Shown in pieces: positions 37,833 through 49,744 of a stretch of 64,000 nt of DNA. The position numbers and the translations under genes are program-made. The notes below the pieces were generated by a model, which made no database searches, had not been told where the DNA came from, and was given only the letters and a program-made list of their open reading frames with translations. Positions within the stretch are counted from its first letter, which is position 1. Every line of letters begins with the position of its first letter. The DNA comes from Batkoa obscura. Lineage: Eukaryota. The DNA lies in contig JASVEC010000028.1 of assembly GCA_030770535.1 (NCBI GenBank), positions 496,001-560,000 on the forward strand, given 5' to 3'.

Positions 37833-38693
37833 AAATGAAATTCAAAAAATATTAGCTTTTTCTAAACAAATATATAAATAATAAAATAAGTATCAATGAG
37901 TTTATTTATGATATTTTTTAACAAATAGTACTTTATGATCACTTAATTTACTTGATATAGATCCAAACAATTGATAACTTTGATCTAATCTTAATAGCAT
38001 TTGAAACTTAATAAAAGGATTAAATTTTATGACACATTAATATTCACCTAAGGTACAATCATAAAATAAGATTATATTACTGTAATTCGAGGAATCATCA
38101 TGCTATTTATATTGTGTATGATAAATACTAAAGCTTGAGAACTATAGTTTTAAAAATAAAGCTAACTAAAAATAAAATAAAATAAAATGCTTACTATTGT
38201 ATAAAGCCATAATATTAATTTAAAAGGTCATGTAGTGCTAGATTAAGCCATTTTCTTTTTGAGAATGATTCACGTTGTTGAAAAATGCAACTTATATATT
38301 TTATTTATAGATAAACTTTTGAATATCTTAAGCTAAAAATCAAGTCACATCATTCAAATTAAGAAAAAAGATTAGTAATAATCATGGCTATACTTAATAA
38401 ATATAAATACAATAGTTTCAAATAATACTACAATGTTTAATCATCAAACTACTTGATTTAACTCTATATGAAAGTTCATGAACATTTGTTTATAAATAAG
38501 TCGAACTTGCAATATCTGAAGGCTTGTAAAAGAGTGTCAGAGTCTATAATTCCTTCACAAGCTTTATAATAGATATTCTATTTTAATTCAAAACACACGT
38601 ATATACGAAACTTCTAAATTATTAAAAAATCAGCATGAAAATTAAATATTGATACTAAGACAACTTTGTTTTAATTTAAATAACCAAAGGAGA

Positions 38694-39218
38694 TTAAGGA
38701 TTGATTGCTTCAGGAGCACCACTAGGAGATTCATCTCTAGTATGACCAAACCACATAAAACCATAGTTGCCTGATTTTCCAGCACCAGCCGCTTCCCAAG
38801 CTTGATTCCATGGACCTTCATTAAATAAAACTTGAGCATGTAATGGTGACCCTTCCCATGAATCAACAAGGGATTTTGGATCATCAGTAGGACCGCTATA
38901 GCCACATTCAAACCCAAGATCACTATACCCAGCTATATCCTTTGGTTTATCCCACATACAGTAACCATCAGACATACTACATGCATACTCCCCATGCCAG
39001 TCATGGGTTAATGGTGCCTTAGCTGCATCTTGGTTTTGAGCATGGACTTCAGCTACTTTGGTTAATTTGGATGAAAATGGAATTGGTGATAAGCCTCTAG
39101 CTACCCTTCTCTCGTTTGTAATACGAAGTACTGCATGACTGAAACCTTCGCCAGTGGATTGTCCATAAATAGTGGAAGTTAATAATAAAGTAAGGAAGCT
39201 CAAATTAAGAAAACGCAT
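38694..39218 (-). CDS. Secreted CAP/SCP (PR-1-like) domain protein, copy 1
   Basis: Signal peptide; ITNERRVARGLSPI..LTKVAEVHA; VDSWEGSPLH..L; ends MWFG. Confidence 0.85.
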   Translation of the reverse strand: MRFLNLSFLTLLLTSTIYGQSTGEGFSHAVLRITNERRVARGLSPIPFSSKLTKVAEVHAQNQDAAKAPLTHDWHGEYACSMSDGYCMWDKPKDIAGYSDLGFECGYSGPTDDPKSLVDSWEGSPLHAQVLFNEGPWNQAWEAAGAGKSGNYGFMWFGHTRDESPSGAPEAINP

Positions 39219-39593
39219 TTTGTCAAAATTAAAATATTGTTTGTAATGTTATTTGCTCAACAAATAATTATAATAAACTTTATTAAAGTTGATTTTCCTT
39301 TTTATATTACTTTCAGCTTCTCGAATATCCATCATATAACATAATTTAATTAATTACAATCTATATTGATAAGTTCCATCTTTATCCTTAATAGGTTATA
39401 AATTAGGACTATGTTCCTGTAAAATAAATTAATATGGTATAATGGTAGCTTTATAACATATTAAAATGCTACCTAAGTAACAAAAGTAGCTTTTAGCTAT
39501 TAGAATGATAACTTTTTTGATATATTAAAAATTGTCATTAATCTCCTAATACGGTGTTTTAAAATATGAAAAAGCCTTTTCTCTTAACTATTT

Positions 39594-39693
39594 GGGGGTG
39601 TTCTTTTTTGGCTTCATTATTTTTTCCTTTTTTTAAGCGCTATTTGAACGGAAAAATTGTTAGTAAAATTGTTAAACATAAAAATACATCCCC
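39594..39693 (-). mobile_element. MITE copy
   Basis: Family consensus; flanks ATTT/ATTT. Confidence 0.9.
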
Positions 39694-40359
39694 ATTTTGT
39701 GATTTTTAAGCTTAAGATTTAAACAAATTGTCAGTTAAGCCAACAATTAAAGAAACACAAGCATTTAATTTTTATTGTCTTGTCTTTAGTTAATTTTAAA
39801 TCCTAAAATATTTCTACACATTCAATTTTACAGCAAGGCGATGGTATAATTATCTTTACCAAGCATGGGCCGAATAATGCGGACATCAAGTTTTTTTGAA
39901 ACCTTGAAAGGCTTAGGGGTCCTCAAGTGTTCTATATGTGAAAGTAAAGGTTAGCGAAATAAGAGTAAAGGTGAGGTAAAAACTGGAAGATTGAATAAAG
40001 GGAATCTAACTCAATAGTACCAGTTCTAGACCGGATCACTATGCACTTAGTTGGTTTATATCCTGCATTGTACAAATTAGCCTAGCTATGAAGTAGGTGG
40101 TGGCGATATTAGGTGGGACAAGACCATTATTAGTTGTAGTTTTAGAGCAGTAAGAGGGAATCGACCAAATTATAGCAGCTAAAGTGAAAACTTGTGAAAA
40201 AGTCAGGAATAAAGTAATTAAACAAAGAAGGGATGATGGAGATCAAGTTTGAAGAACAAAAAATAAATCACTTTAATAACGTGTCATACAAGCATCAGTA
40301 ATTCTCTTTACAATAATTTACACTTTGTAAAAATAAATAAATTTCAAGGTGTAAAATAT

Positions 40360-40458
40360 GGGGAAGTATTTTTATGTTTAACAATTTTATTAACAATTTT
40401 TCCGCTCAAATAGTGCTTAAAAGATCGAAAAAGTGATGAAACCAAAAAAAGCACCCCC
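40360..40458 (+). mobile_element. MITE copy
   Basis: Family consensus; flanks ATAT/ATAT. Confidence 0.9.
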
Positions 40459-41426
40459 ATATACTGTTTTTAAAACGAGATATTTGTCTAATTCCAAAAC
40501 AATATTAAAATTTGTTTATATTAGTTTTTTAAAAAATTGCTATTTCCATATCAACATTCTTTCATACATGCTCATATAAAAATGAAGTTGTAGGGTGTCA
40601 GTTTTTGTGCCCCCTAAATCTGGAATGATTACTAGTAGCAGAGCTATAATGTTTACTCTTTAAGTGTAAAAATTAAGTATATTATCATAGCTGATTTTAA
40701 TAAATATCTAAGCTTACGGCTTACTCTATAGCTTTATATTTTTGAATTAAATTTTAAATTTTCAAGATACTCATTACAGCTGCCTTGTAACAAATTACTC
40801 TTACCGAAGGTAATAAATAAGGTGTGTAATACAAAGTAATCCTATAGTGTATATTTTAAATATATATTTTTAACTATATGAGAATCCGGGTATCTAAAAA
40901 AGTGTAATGTTGATTTCATTGTGTTAATTTAATGAACCTTGAATGTTGTTTATTCATAGTTCTGTTAATACATTTAATATATTGTATAACCTAAAAGGCG
41001 TAATTGTTACCTTAGAGAATCTATTAAATAAAAAGTAGTACCCAAATTAATATAGAATATTTTGAGAGCTAAAATCACTATAAATAAATGCATTTATTAT
41101 GTCTTACTTCAATATTATTAATTGGATGAAAATATCGAATATCAATCAAAGAGAAAAGCTCATCTATAGACGTATAAATCATTAAAGTACTCTTTTTGTT
41201 TTTAATAGATGAGTTATGTTGTTAATTTATAGCTTTGAATACTTGCCTTTGTAAACCGATTTACATTATAAATAAAGACTTATCAACTAAACTTTTAAAA
41301 ATAAGTAAAAGCGAGATTAAAAATAGGCTATTTGTTAAGTTGTTTCCCATGCATGCATTTTAAAAATTATATTATTTATTATACTAACATTAATTAAGAG
41401 AAGGAAGAGAGACCGATTAGCTTTGT

Positions 41427-43067
41427 CTAATCTTCGTCTTGATGTAATAAACCACGCTCATCACTCTCTTTTGATCTTTTAAAAGCTTTAAGCTTATGGA
41501 TAGTAAGTGGTTTACCTTTAGTAATTGATCTTTTCTTGATCCACCAAGCTAGAAAGACACTTAAACCAATTAATAATAATACCCCAAAAGTAATTCCAAG
41601 GATGCCACCAACTCCAAAAGAATTGTTTTTAACTCCCTTGTTTATCGGATCCTCACCAGTTAGCTCGTAATTTTCATATTGAATTGCTCTGTCATCTACA
41701 AATTCTTTGATCCTGTTCTTATAAACCTTACAGCCATTACCATTCCCAAGGCTTAATGATGGATAGCTTGGCTTAGCACATTGATCTTTTGTTAAAGTTT
41801 TAGCCGTTTTTAAATTGCTCAAATTTGCTAACCATGTCGTTTGGTATGTACTGTTATATGCAGGATATTGGGTAGCAATAAAATCTAATAAATTAGTGAC
41901 TAATATATATATCGATATAATTATATACCTCGAATCATAAGGTCTGGCCTTACAATGCCATTTTCTTCAAAGTCTAAATTGCCATTTTCGTTAACTAATT
42001 TTGTAATTGAAAACAATTTTTCCTGATTCAAGAACTTAAACCCATGCTCTTCGCTTGGATCAATTTTGGCTAGTTGTTTCCATGACTTTAATGCAGCAGG
42101 CAAATGTTTGGGGAATTCTGTAATGTCTATGATAATATCAAAATATTTAATTTGTTCTTTGAATTGTTGAACATCTTGAAATCTGTTACTAAAGCCTTCA
42201 ACATTTACAAGAAGGCCTCCAGAACTTTGGATTAAATCATTATAGTATTTATTTTGCAAAATTTCCCATGTACCTTTATCATTCCCCAAATCAGTGTATT
42301 TAGTTACAGCAATATATTTTTTCTCTTTGATTTTCTCGAAATTATGTTGATGGCACTTATAACTTGTGAGCATAATATCATACTTGTCTTCAGCATATTT
42401 TTCTAAATTGAAGAATGAAGCAACAAATTTCAACCAGATTAATTTTTTCATTGCTGTTAGATCATCTTGGTCATAACTTAACGTCACTTTTTTGCTATCG
42501 AGTTGTGCATCCGTGTGGCTATCAGTTCCTTTTGGTGCATCTTCAAATAAAACTTTAACTGAATCATCAATCTCTTTAATGTCTTTAATATTTCCTTGTG
42601 CAATTCCATCAATAGCGCATGGAGTTGTGTAACTTTCCAAACCTGAAGCATATATGATTGTTTTATTTAAATCCAGTTGTTGTAATAAAGCCATACCAAC
42701 TCTTGATTTCGTTGCTATTTTACTTAAAGGTATCTCTACCCACATATCTGGTTTCACACCATTAGGTAGGCTCTCAGGTATCCCAGTACCTTTACAATAT
42801 AGTCCGATTTCTTTTTTAGTGAGTTTATTAGTGATTACTTTATATTTGCCGTAGTAACCTATATTGAACTTAGCATATTGGCCAACTACAATAACATGTA
42901 AATATTTAATCATGAAATATTTTTTAGTTTAATTTACCTGCATTTCCTCCATACAGCGGGCTTCCGCGGGTCTTTCTAAAGCTATCATCATCATCTAAAT
43001 CACAATCTACCTGTCCTTTATATATATTTACTGAAGTTAATAACAATAATAATAATAATTTTAACAT
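41427..43067 (-). CDS. Type I membrane protein with helical-backbone (Fe/B12 periplasmic-binding-like) ectodomain, 3 exons
   Basis: Signal peptide MLKLLLLLLLTSV; FNIGYYGKYKVITN..LYCKGT, WLKFVASFFNLE, DFEENGIVRPDLMIRD; C-terminal TM GILGITFGVLLLIGLSVFLAWWI followed by KKR. Confidence 0.7.
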
Positions 43068-43875
43068 CTTTTTTATAAAGAAATAAAGAAATTTTTATTT
43101 ACCTATCGAAAATTTATTAACCTCACTTATAATTATAAATGAAGGAACAAATTGATCCAATAGTGTTTCAATTATTTTGGAACATTCAAATTATCACCCC
43201 ACTAAAATATTTTATTAGCTGTTTATCAAGTTTTGGTAGATAATTCTCATTTTTTAAGAATATCAATTTTTTGATTTTTAAGTAAAATATGGGTCTTAAT
43301 TACACTTATCAATTAATATTACCTTGTCTCCCCTATGCTCCTCTTTTACACTACTGTTTATATCATTAAACATGTTTTGTATGAAAAAAAAAGAGTAAAT
43401 ACATATTAGTAAGAGACTTTCTCATCAAGACAGATGTCTAAAATAGCTCGAGCTGAACTTGTTATTAAATAATTTGTGCTATAAAATTTCGGGAAGATTG
43501 TTTATTTCTATATTTATCTAATTTTCCCTAGAATAAAATATAAACAAGTTATGAAAAAACATAAAAGATATATATCTTTGAAATACTTGGAGGCATGCTA
43601 AGGGTATGTATCAATTTACATAATCATTGAGTATGACAACGACGAATACAAAGTGTGAAAACAAATAAAAATTAAAAATATTGACTATGAGAATAAGTTT
43701 AGTAGAATTTTGCCAAAACAAGAATAAATGAAACCCGTATTTATAGCGGATTCTATTGGATTAATTGTTATACTATTGAATCAATAGTTATCATGTTTTA
43801 AATTATTTACATAAAAATGGAATGAATCTTTTTATATCAGATCAAGCAAAATTATAAAACAAAGGGACAGTTAAA

Positions 43876-45417
43876 ATGATGCGAATCATCAGTTATAAAA
43901 TGCAAAAGCGAGATAAAAGAAGTAATAGTATCAAGGAAGATAAATGGAAGACCAATAATATAGCTACTAAGAAAAACTATCAAGTTCGATTTATTAATGA
44001 CTTTATTGAATATATGCCAGAAAAAATTGTGATTTCAACAACACAATTTGATGTATTAAAGGGTTTAATGAAAAAGCAATTACTGCAATATTCTGTAGGT
44101 GTACATATGGACAACTTATTAAGTGTACTACAATACCCAAATAAAAATAGCATGAATAAAGGATTGAAATTGTTTAAATATATTATGGAAAATTTGAACA
44201 GTTATCAAAGTGAATTTAAAACTAACAATACACTAGCAAATAATAAAATTAATAAAGATTTTTTCAATTTAATATTGAGATCATTTCGGGAAAATGCATG
44301 TAAACTCTTTAATATATTTTATAGAAAAAAATTTTACTTTGATCAACTAAATCTGAAATTAAAGCTAGCAGTTTTAGCTTGTGGTTTAGTTTGGTTACCT
44401 AATACTAAGTTAGTAACTCAATTCCTAAATGAAGTAAATCACTATCTTGGTGTGTATTTTAAGAAACCTAGTGACATTCCTATCTCATTTTCTAGCTTAC
44501 AGACAATTACACTCATTTTGACTCATCTTAGAGGTTGTACATGGACTTATGGTAAGCGTATTATGTTAACTATAACTGGTAAAAGAATTATAGGAATCAT
44601 AGGATTAAATAGAGTATATAGTTGTAATTATAAACTATCCGTTGAGAGAAAATTATTGTATTCAGCATTTATTTTTAACTCTGCATGTAATTCAATATCA
44701 CAATTCACTTCAATAACTTTGCCATTTAAATTAACAAAACCGGAATATAGTCTTAATTCCAATGGCTCAAAGTTAAGTCTAACAGATATTCATTGCTTAA
44801 TAGATTTATTCTTAACTGATTTATTTATTCAACTTTCGGATAGCATAATTACCTTATCAAACATTCAACAATTACTTATAATTGCACCAGAAGAACGCCT
44901 TGATAATTTAAACCATGCTACAAAGTTAAAAGAAGGGTTAAATCAATTTTTACAAACTATTATAATCAAATCAAATAAGCTAAAATTAATACCTAATTCA
45001 CCATTAGAAAGGATAGATGATATTTTAATGTTTTTTAAATGTTTCTTTTCATTTATTGATTTTTATATTATTTCTTTCAACTTTTATCATTATAATGATT
45101 TAATTGATAATAATGACCCAAAGATCAAAAAGTTAGTATATGAAGCCTTAATTAAATGCTATGATACAATGAATTATTTTATTGAATTGAAGCCAGAATG
45201 TTTAATTAGTGATACACTTCCATTTGTTGTTAGATGTGTTATATTTTTGATAAGACATTTAAAGTTTGATAATAAGAGAAAGAAAGATTATTCAAATCTT
45301 TTAAAAAAAAGTATTCAAAAAATTTCCTCCTTAAGTGATTTTCCATCTTTTAATATGACAATTGTAGTTAATTTAAAAACAATTAACCTCGTTGATGATT
45401 TTATGAACGATTTTTAG
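43876..45417 (+). CDS. Fungal transcription-factor-like protein (MHR-like), no Zn cluster visible
   Basis: 513-aa intronless ORF with segments parallel to 22002-23843 (LQTITLIL, IIGLNR..VERKLLYS, ALIKC, IFLIRHL, NLKTI). Confidence 0.65.
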   Translation: MMRIISYKMQKRDKRSNSIKEDKWKTNNIATKKNYQVRFINDFIEYMPEKIVISTTQFDVLKGLMKKQLLQYSVGVHMDNLLSVLQYPNKNSMNKGLKLFKYIMENLNSYQSEFKTNNTLANNKINKDFFNLILRSFRENACKLFNIFYRKKFYFDQLNLKLKLAVLACGLVWLPNTKLVTQFLNEVNHYLGVYFKKPSDIPISFSSLQTITLILTHLRGCTWTYGKRIMLTITGKRIIGIIGLNRVYSCNYKLSVERKLLYSAFIFNSACNSISQFTSITLPFKLTKPEYSLNSNGSKLSLTDIHCLIDLFLTDLFIQLSDSIITLSNIQQLLIIAPEERLDNLNHATKLKEGLNQFLQTIIIKSNKLKLIPNSPLERIDDILMFFKCFFSFIDFYIISFNFYHYNDLIDNNDPKIKKLVYEALIKCYDTMNYFIELKPECLISDTLPFVVRCVIFLIRHLKFDNKRKKDYSNLLKKSIQKISSLSDFPSFNMTIVVNLKTINLVDDFMNDF

Positions 45418-48400
45418 GTTAATAGAAGGAATTTCATTATCAAACTAAAAAGAACTTTATTAATCTTTATATCTGAAGACATTGGTTCTATTTCATAAAA
45501 AGATTAAATCATTACAATTGAGTTTGAGCTCTGGCTACTGGGTTTTTTATCCTCGTGTCTGATTTTAACGTAACAGTTTTATAATCCTATCCTTTTCTAA
45601 TCGCCAATCAGTTAATCAAGTAACATTAAATTTTTAACTGGGACAGTGTTAGTATTCATTGATCCTTTAAGTAACTTATATTTTCTTAGCCTTGAAAGGT
45701 AAAAACCCCAAGCGTTTTATTTAAATAATAAAATTAATTTAATATCATTAACTTTCAAATTGGTATTATTATTACGTCTATAATTTAAAAATATTGTATT
45801 AACTAATTAAATTTGTTTCAATCAAATTATTCAGATTTCTTCCTTCTCACTTGAATTTATTTTAAAAGATTTTAAGCTTACCTTTTCTACCTACTTCGTT
45901 GGATCTATCCTATGGACAATCTACCGTTCACATTGTAAGTACTTTGCTAAAATAGCTGGTGACAATTTATTTTCATCATACCTGAGTATAAGATAGAAAA
46001 TTGAGTAGTATGGCAATGTGTCATGAGGGATCAAAAGGCTTGACTCCAAGGCCCTGGCTAAATGACCCTCTGACCTTTTTCATAACTTGTTTAATAAACT
46101 ACTTGCTTTTAAAAGTCCGAGATTTTTTAAACAAATAATTCTATGAAGTTTTAGAACTTTTTACACTCTTTTTTAGTTTATTAATCTATATAAATGGTCT
46201 GATTGATTTAGAATAAAGAAAATTCAAAGAAAAGAGCTAAATGATAAAGAGAAAGGGCCTTATTACGAACTAGGCTGAGGTAGGATAAGTTTAACTAAAT
46301 TTCCCTAGTTAATTTCTTGGAAGGATATATATTGACTTTTGCAGGGTTTTGTACAGTAATAAATGAACAAGGCCTCGGTGAGGAGTAGTTGTTTCTATTT
46401 CAGCATTATTATAGTTGCATGTGGGGAGACTTGGAAATGGGTCTATAGAAGAGCTTGTTGAAACTTCAGTGTATTATTTGGATAATACAAAAATCTATAA
46501 AAGTTACTACAAATCATTAAGTTTCTGAAAAAAAATCTTATAAGATATAAAAAGATTACATAATCTCTGAAGTTGTCTTTAATCTTTAAAGCCAACAAAC
46601 AAGTGTGTCAGAGATTTTGTGTGATAGCACAAGAAATAAAATTACGTTCTCTTTAGTTTTTTACAATTACCTATATTTTTAAATCAATTTTGAAAAAAGA
46701 CAAATCCCAAATGATTAATTAACTAAAAGTGAATATATATATATGTGTGTTAAACGGATTATGTATAAAAAGAAATACTTAGATAACATTTAATAAACCA
46801 AACTCAATACTGTCAGCTTTCAACCAAGTTGATCAAAAATCAATCCTTTTTATTTTTTAATTTATAAAGGTTAAAAAATACATAGAATAGAGAAACAGTA
46901 GCTGGAGAGAGTAAAGAAAAGTTATAAGCAGAGAGTTTAGAATAACAAGGGTATGTAGCAAAAGGTTAGTTGAAATAATCAAAAATTGAGGGTAAGATAG
47001 GAAAGAGTGGAAGGGACCTGTTAATGAAATTCATTTATTTAACACTTTCAATAATAATTTTAAATTAGAATTTTTATTTTATTTTTATTTTAGATTGTTA
47101 ACTATCTATCCTTATATAAAATAGTTTTGGTTATTAAATGCACTTAAAAATACCCAGGTTGTGTAAACAAGGATATGAAACCATAGCCCACTAATTTGTT
47201 CACTGCATCTGGAACCAAAAACTCTGTGTAACATACAGTAACCTAAAGAAACAATAAACACGTCCTCCTCTGCTGAAAAATTTTGATAACAAATTTTTCA
47301 TTTAATAATAGTCAAAAAAAGGACAAAACAAAGAAGTCAAAAGACGTACTCAAATGCTACCTTTGGTGACCATTTTAAATCAATAGTGCTACTCCCATTT
47401 CAGTTCAATTTTTATTTAACATCTTATAAATTCAAAAGTCCTTTTAAAAGTTTGAAATTTCTTTTCTCATTTCTTTTAGTCTAAGGGTTTTGATAATAGA
47501 CCATTATTTTATGTTAACACTATGAGGTTGCATCCTCACTATTACTCCTTTGAAGTTTAATGTTATTATTAGGTCAAGATTTTATTTTATTTTGTTATAA
47601 TTTTTATTATATTTAAATACTGTCCATAGTGGATAAAGATAATATAAAAAACTTGAAAAATGATTTAAAATAAAAAAATAATTCATTGAATTGAAGTTAA
47701 ATTTTATTAATTATATATTATAAAATAGCCTATTTGTTTGTATAAAAACAATAAAATAAAATGATCCTATTTTTTTAAAAACATCAATTAATAATTAAGT
47801 AGTCTTTATTTTATTAATAAGAAATATATATAAAAACAATTAAAAAAAAAATTAATAATTGAAATTTTTGTACTACTCTACTATTATTGCAACGTCATAA
47901 CATTTTAAAATGGCATTTGAAAGATGAATACAGTTATAACTATTTTTCATTCATAGAATAAAAATTACAATGCAACCTAATATTGAGAGGATTTATAAGC
48001 TATTGCAGAAGTAGGGTGTAACCAAATTAAGGCAGGTAATTTTAAGCTTGTATGAAAATGAATGAAATTCAAGTGCCTTCATGCTTTGAATAAAAGTTAA
48101 GATTTTTGCTTACTAGAGTTCTTAGTCGGATACTATAAACCCGTTAGCTTTATTATTGTTCCTTTATAAAGATTATCAATAGTTAAAAATACCAGGTTTT
48201 AAATTAATTAAGATAAATAAAGTAACTAAAATAAATAAAGTTTATAACAAAGTTTATAAATTTGTATATTAGTCACATTAATGTTTTTTTGTTTATTTAT
48301 TTACTATTGTTTCTAATCTACTTTTCCACAAAAAGTTGTTAAACATTATAAGTAATTTATATTACAACTTAATTTGAAATTATCCCTTTTTTAAATTAAC

Positions 48401-49744
48401 CAATAAATTCAAAATACTAAATAAATCCAAAATTCATTCTTTTTCAATAGGGATATACTCTTTTCTTTAAACAAGTACTCTCTAAACTAGCTATTACTAT
48501 TATAAAAATACTTAAAATCATATACATAATAGCACCGTTCCATCTTTATATATGTTAAAACCCAATAGAACCTTTAAAAATTAGATTTTAATATTCAAAA
48601 TAAATCTAGAAAAAAAAATAATTCTATATAGAAAATTTATAAAATTTTATTAGCGATATAACTATTTTATGAATTAATAATATTAATAATTGGGCAAAAA
48701 AAATATAAAAATAAACAATATTTGGCTTAAAATAACATTTTTAGTGGTAATATGACTTCACGAAGACGGAAAATAGAAAGTTGATTGGTGCTTTAAATTA
48801 GGGATACAAAATGTTATTTTAAAAATACTTATGAATTGGAACTAATCGATGATGAGAAGTTTATTTTAAGCTAGAAAAAAAATCTTAAAAAAATAGAGAA
48901 ACAAACGTTAACTATCTATAATTAGTTTAAAACCTAATCTATTTTAACTTCAAATAAGCTATATAGTTGATTTATTATAAAGCCACTTTTATTGAAATAT
49001 TCAAATAGATTAACTTCATTTATGTGCGGAAAAGCCTGATAATCTTAAAGAAGAACTGGTTGTATTTTCAAATCCACAAATTATTTTTTCCTTAAAAATT
49101 AATCCAAACAATTGGTGCATCGAAAAAAAAACTATGCCATTGTTAATTATTAAGGTACAATAAAGTTACTATCAATAATTTGATTTCAACAAGGATTGGG
49201 CATTTTTGAATTCATAGTTCTTAAGTTTATCCATAAAGATATTTTCTATTTTTGTATTGAACAAATACGAAATTAGAATGCCCAATTTATATATATATAA
49301 ATTGATAATATATTATCCACGAATTAAATTACTATTTTCTATTTATTATCAAATTAAAAAGAATTTATTTCTCAATACAACATTTAATTAGTGGAAATAA
49401 TTTTCTACCGGTTCGATAAATCAGGTGTTATTTTTCAAATAGTTCAAGTTCTAGATATAGTACTAAGTCTTTTAACTTGGGAACCATTATTTTTCAAAAA
49501 GCCAGTGAAATTGGCTTACCAAGTTAACTCATGAATTTTCTAATAATTTTCGAATGATAACTAGCCAATAAGATAAACTTTTGAATAGAAATTGGAACTT
49601 TATTCTTCAATATTGTACCAATATTATCATTTGTAACTAATCATAATATTTGATTGTTAAAAATAAAAATATAAGAATTTTTTATTTTGTTAATTTTTTA
49701 TTTCAATTACTTTTTTATCCTTTTTTTATTATTTTAAAAATATT

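Noticed and set aside
39594..40458. Composite transposon bounded by two inverted MITEs
   Set aside because: Each MITE has its own matching TSD and the outer flanks differ (ATTT vs ATAT)
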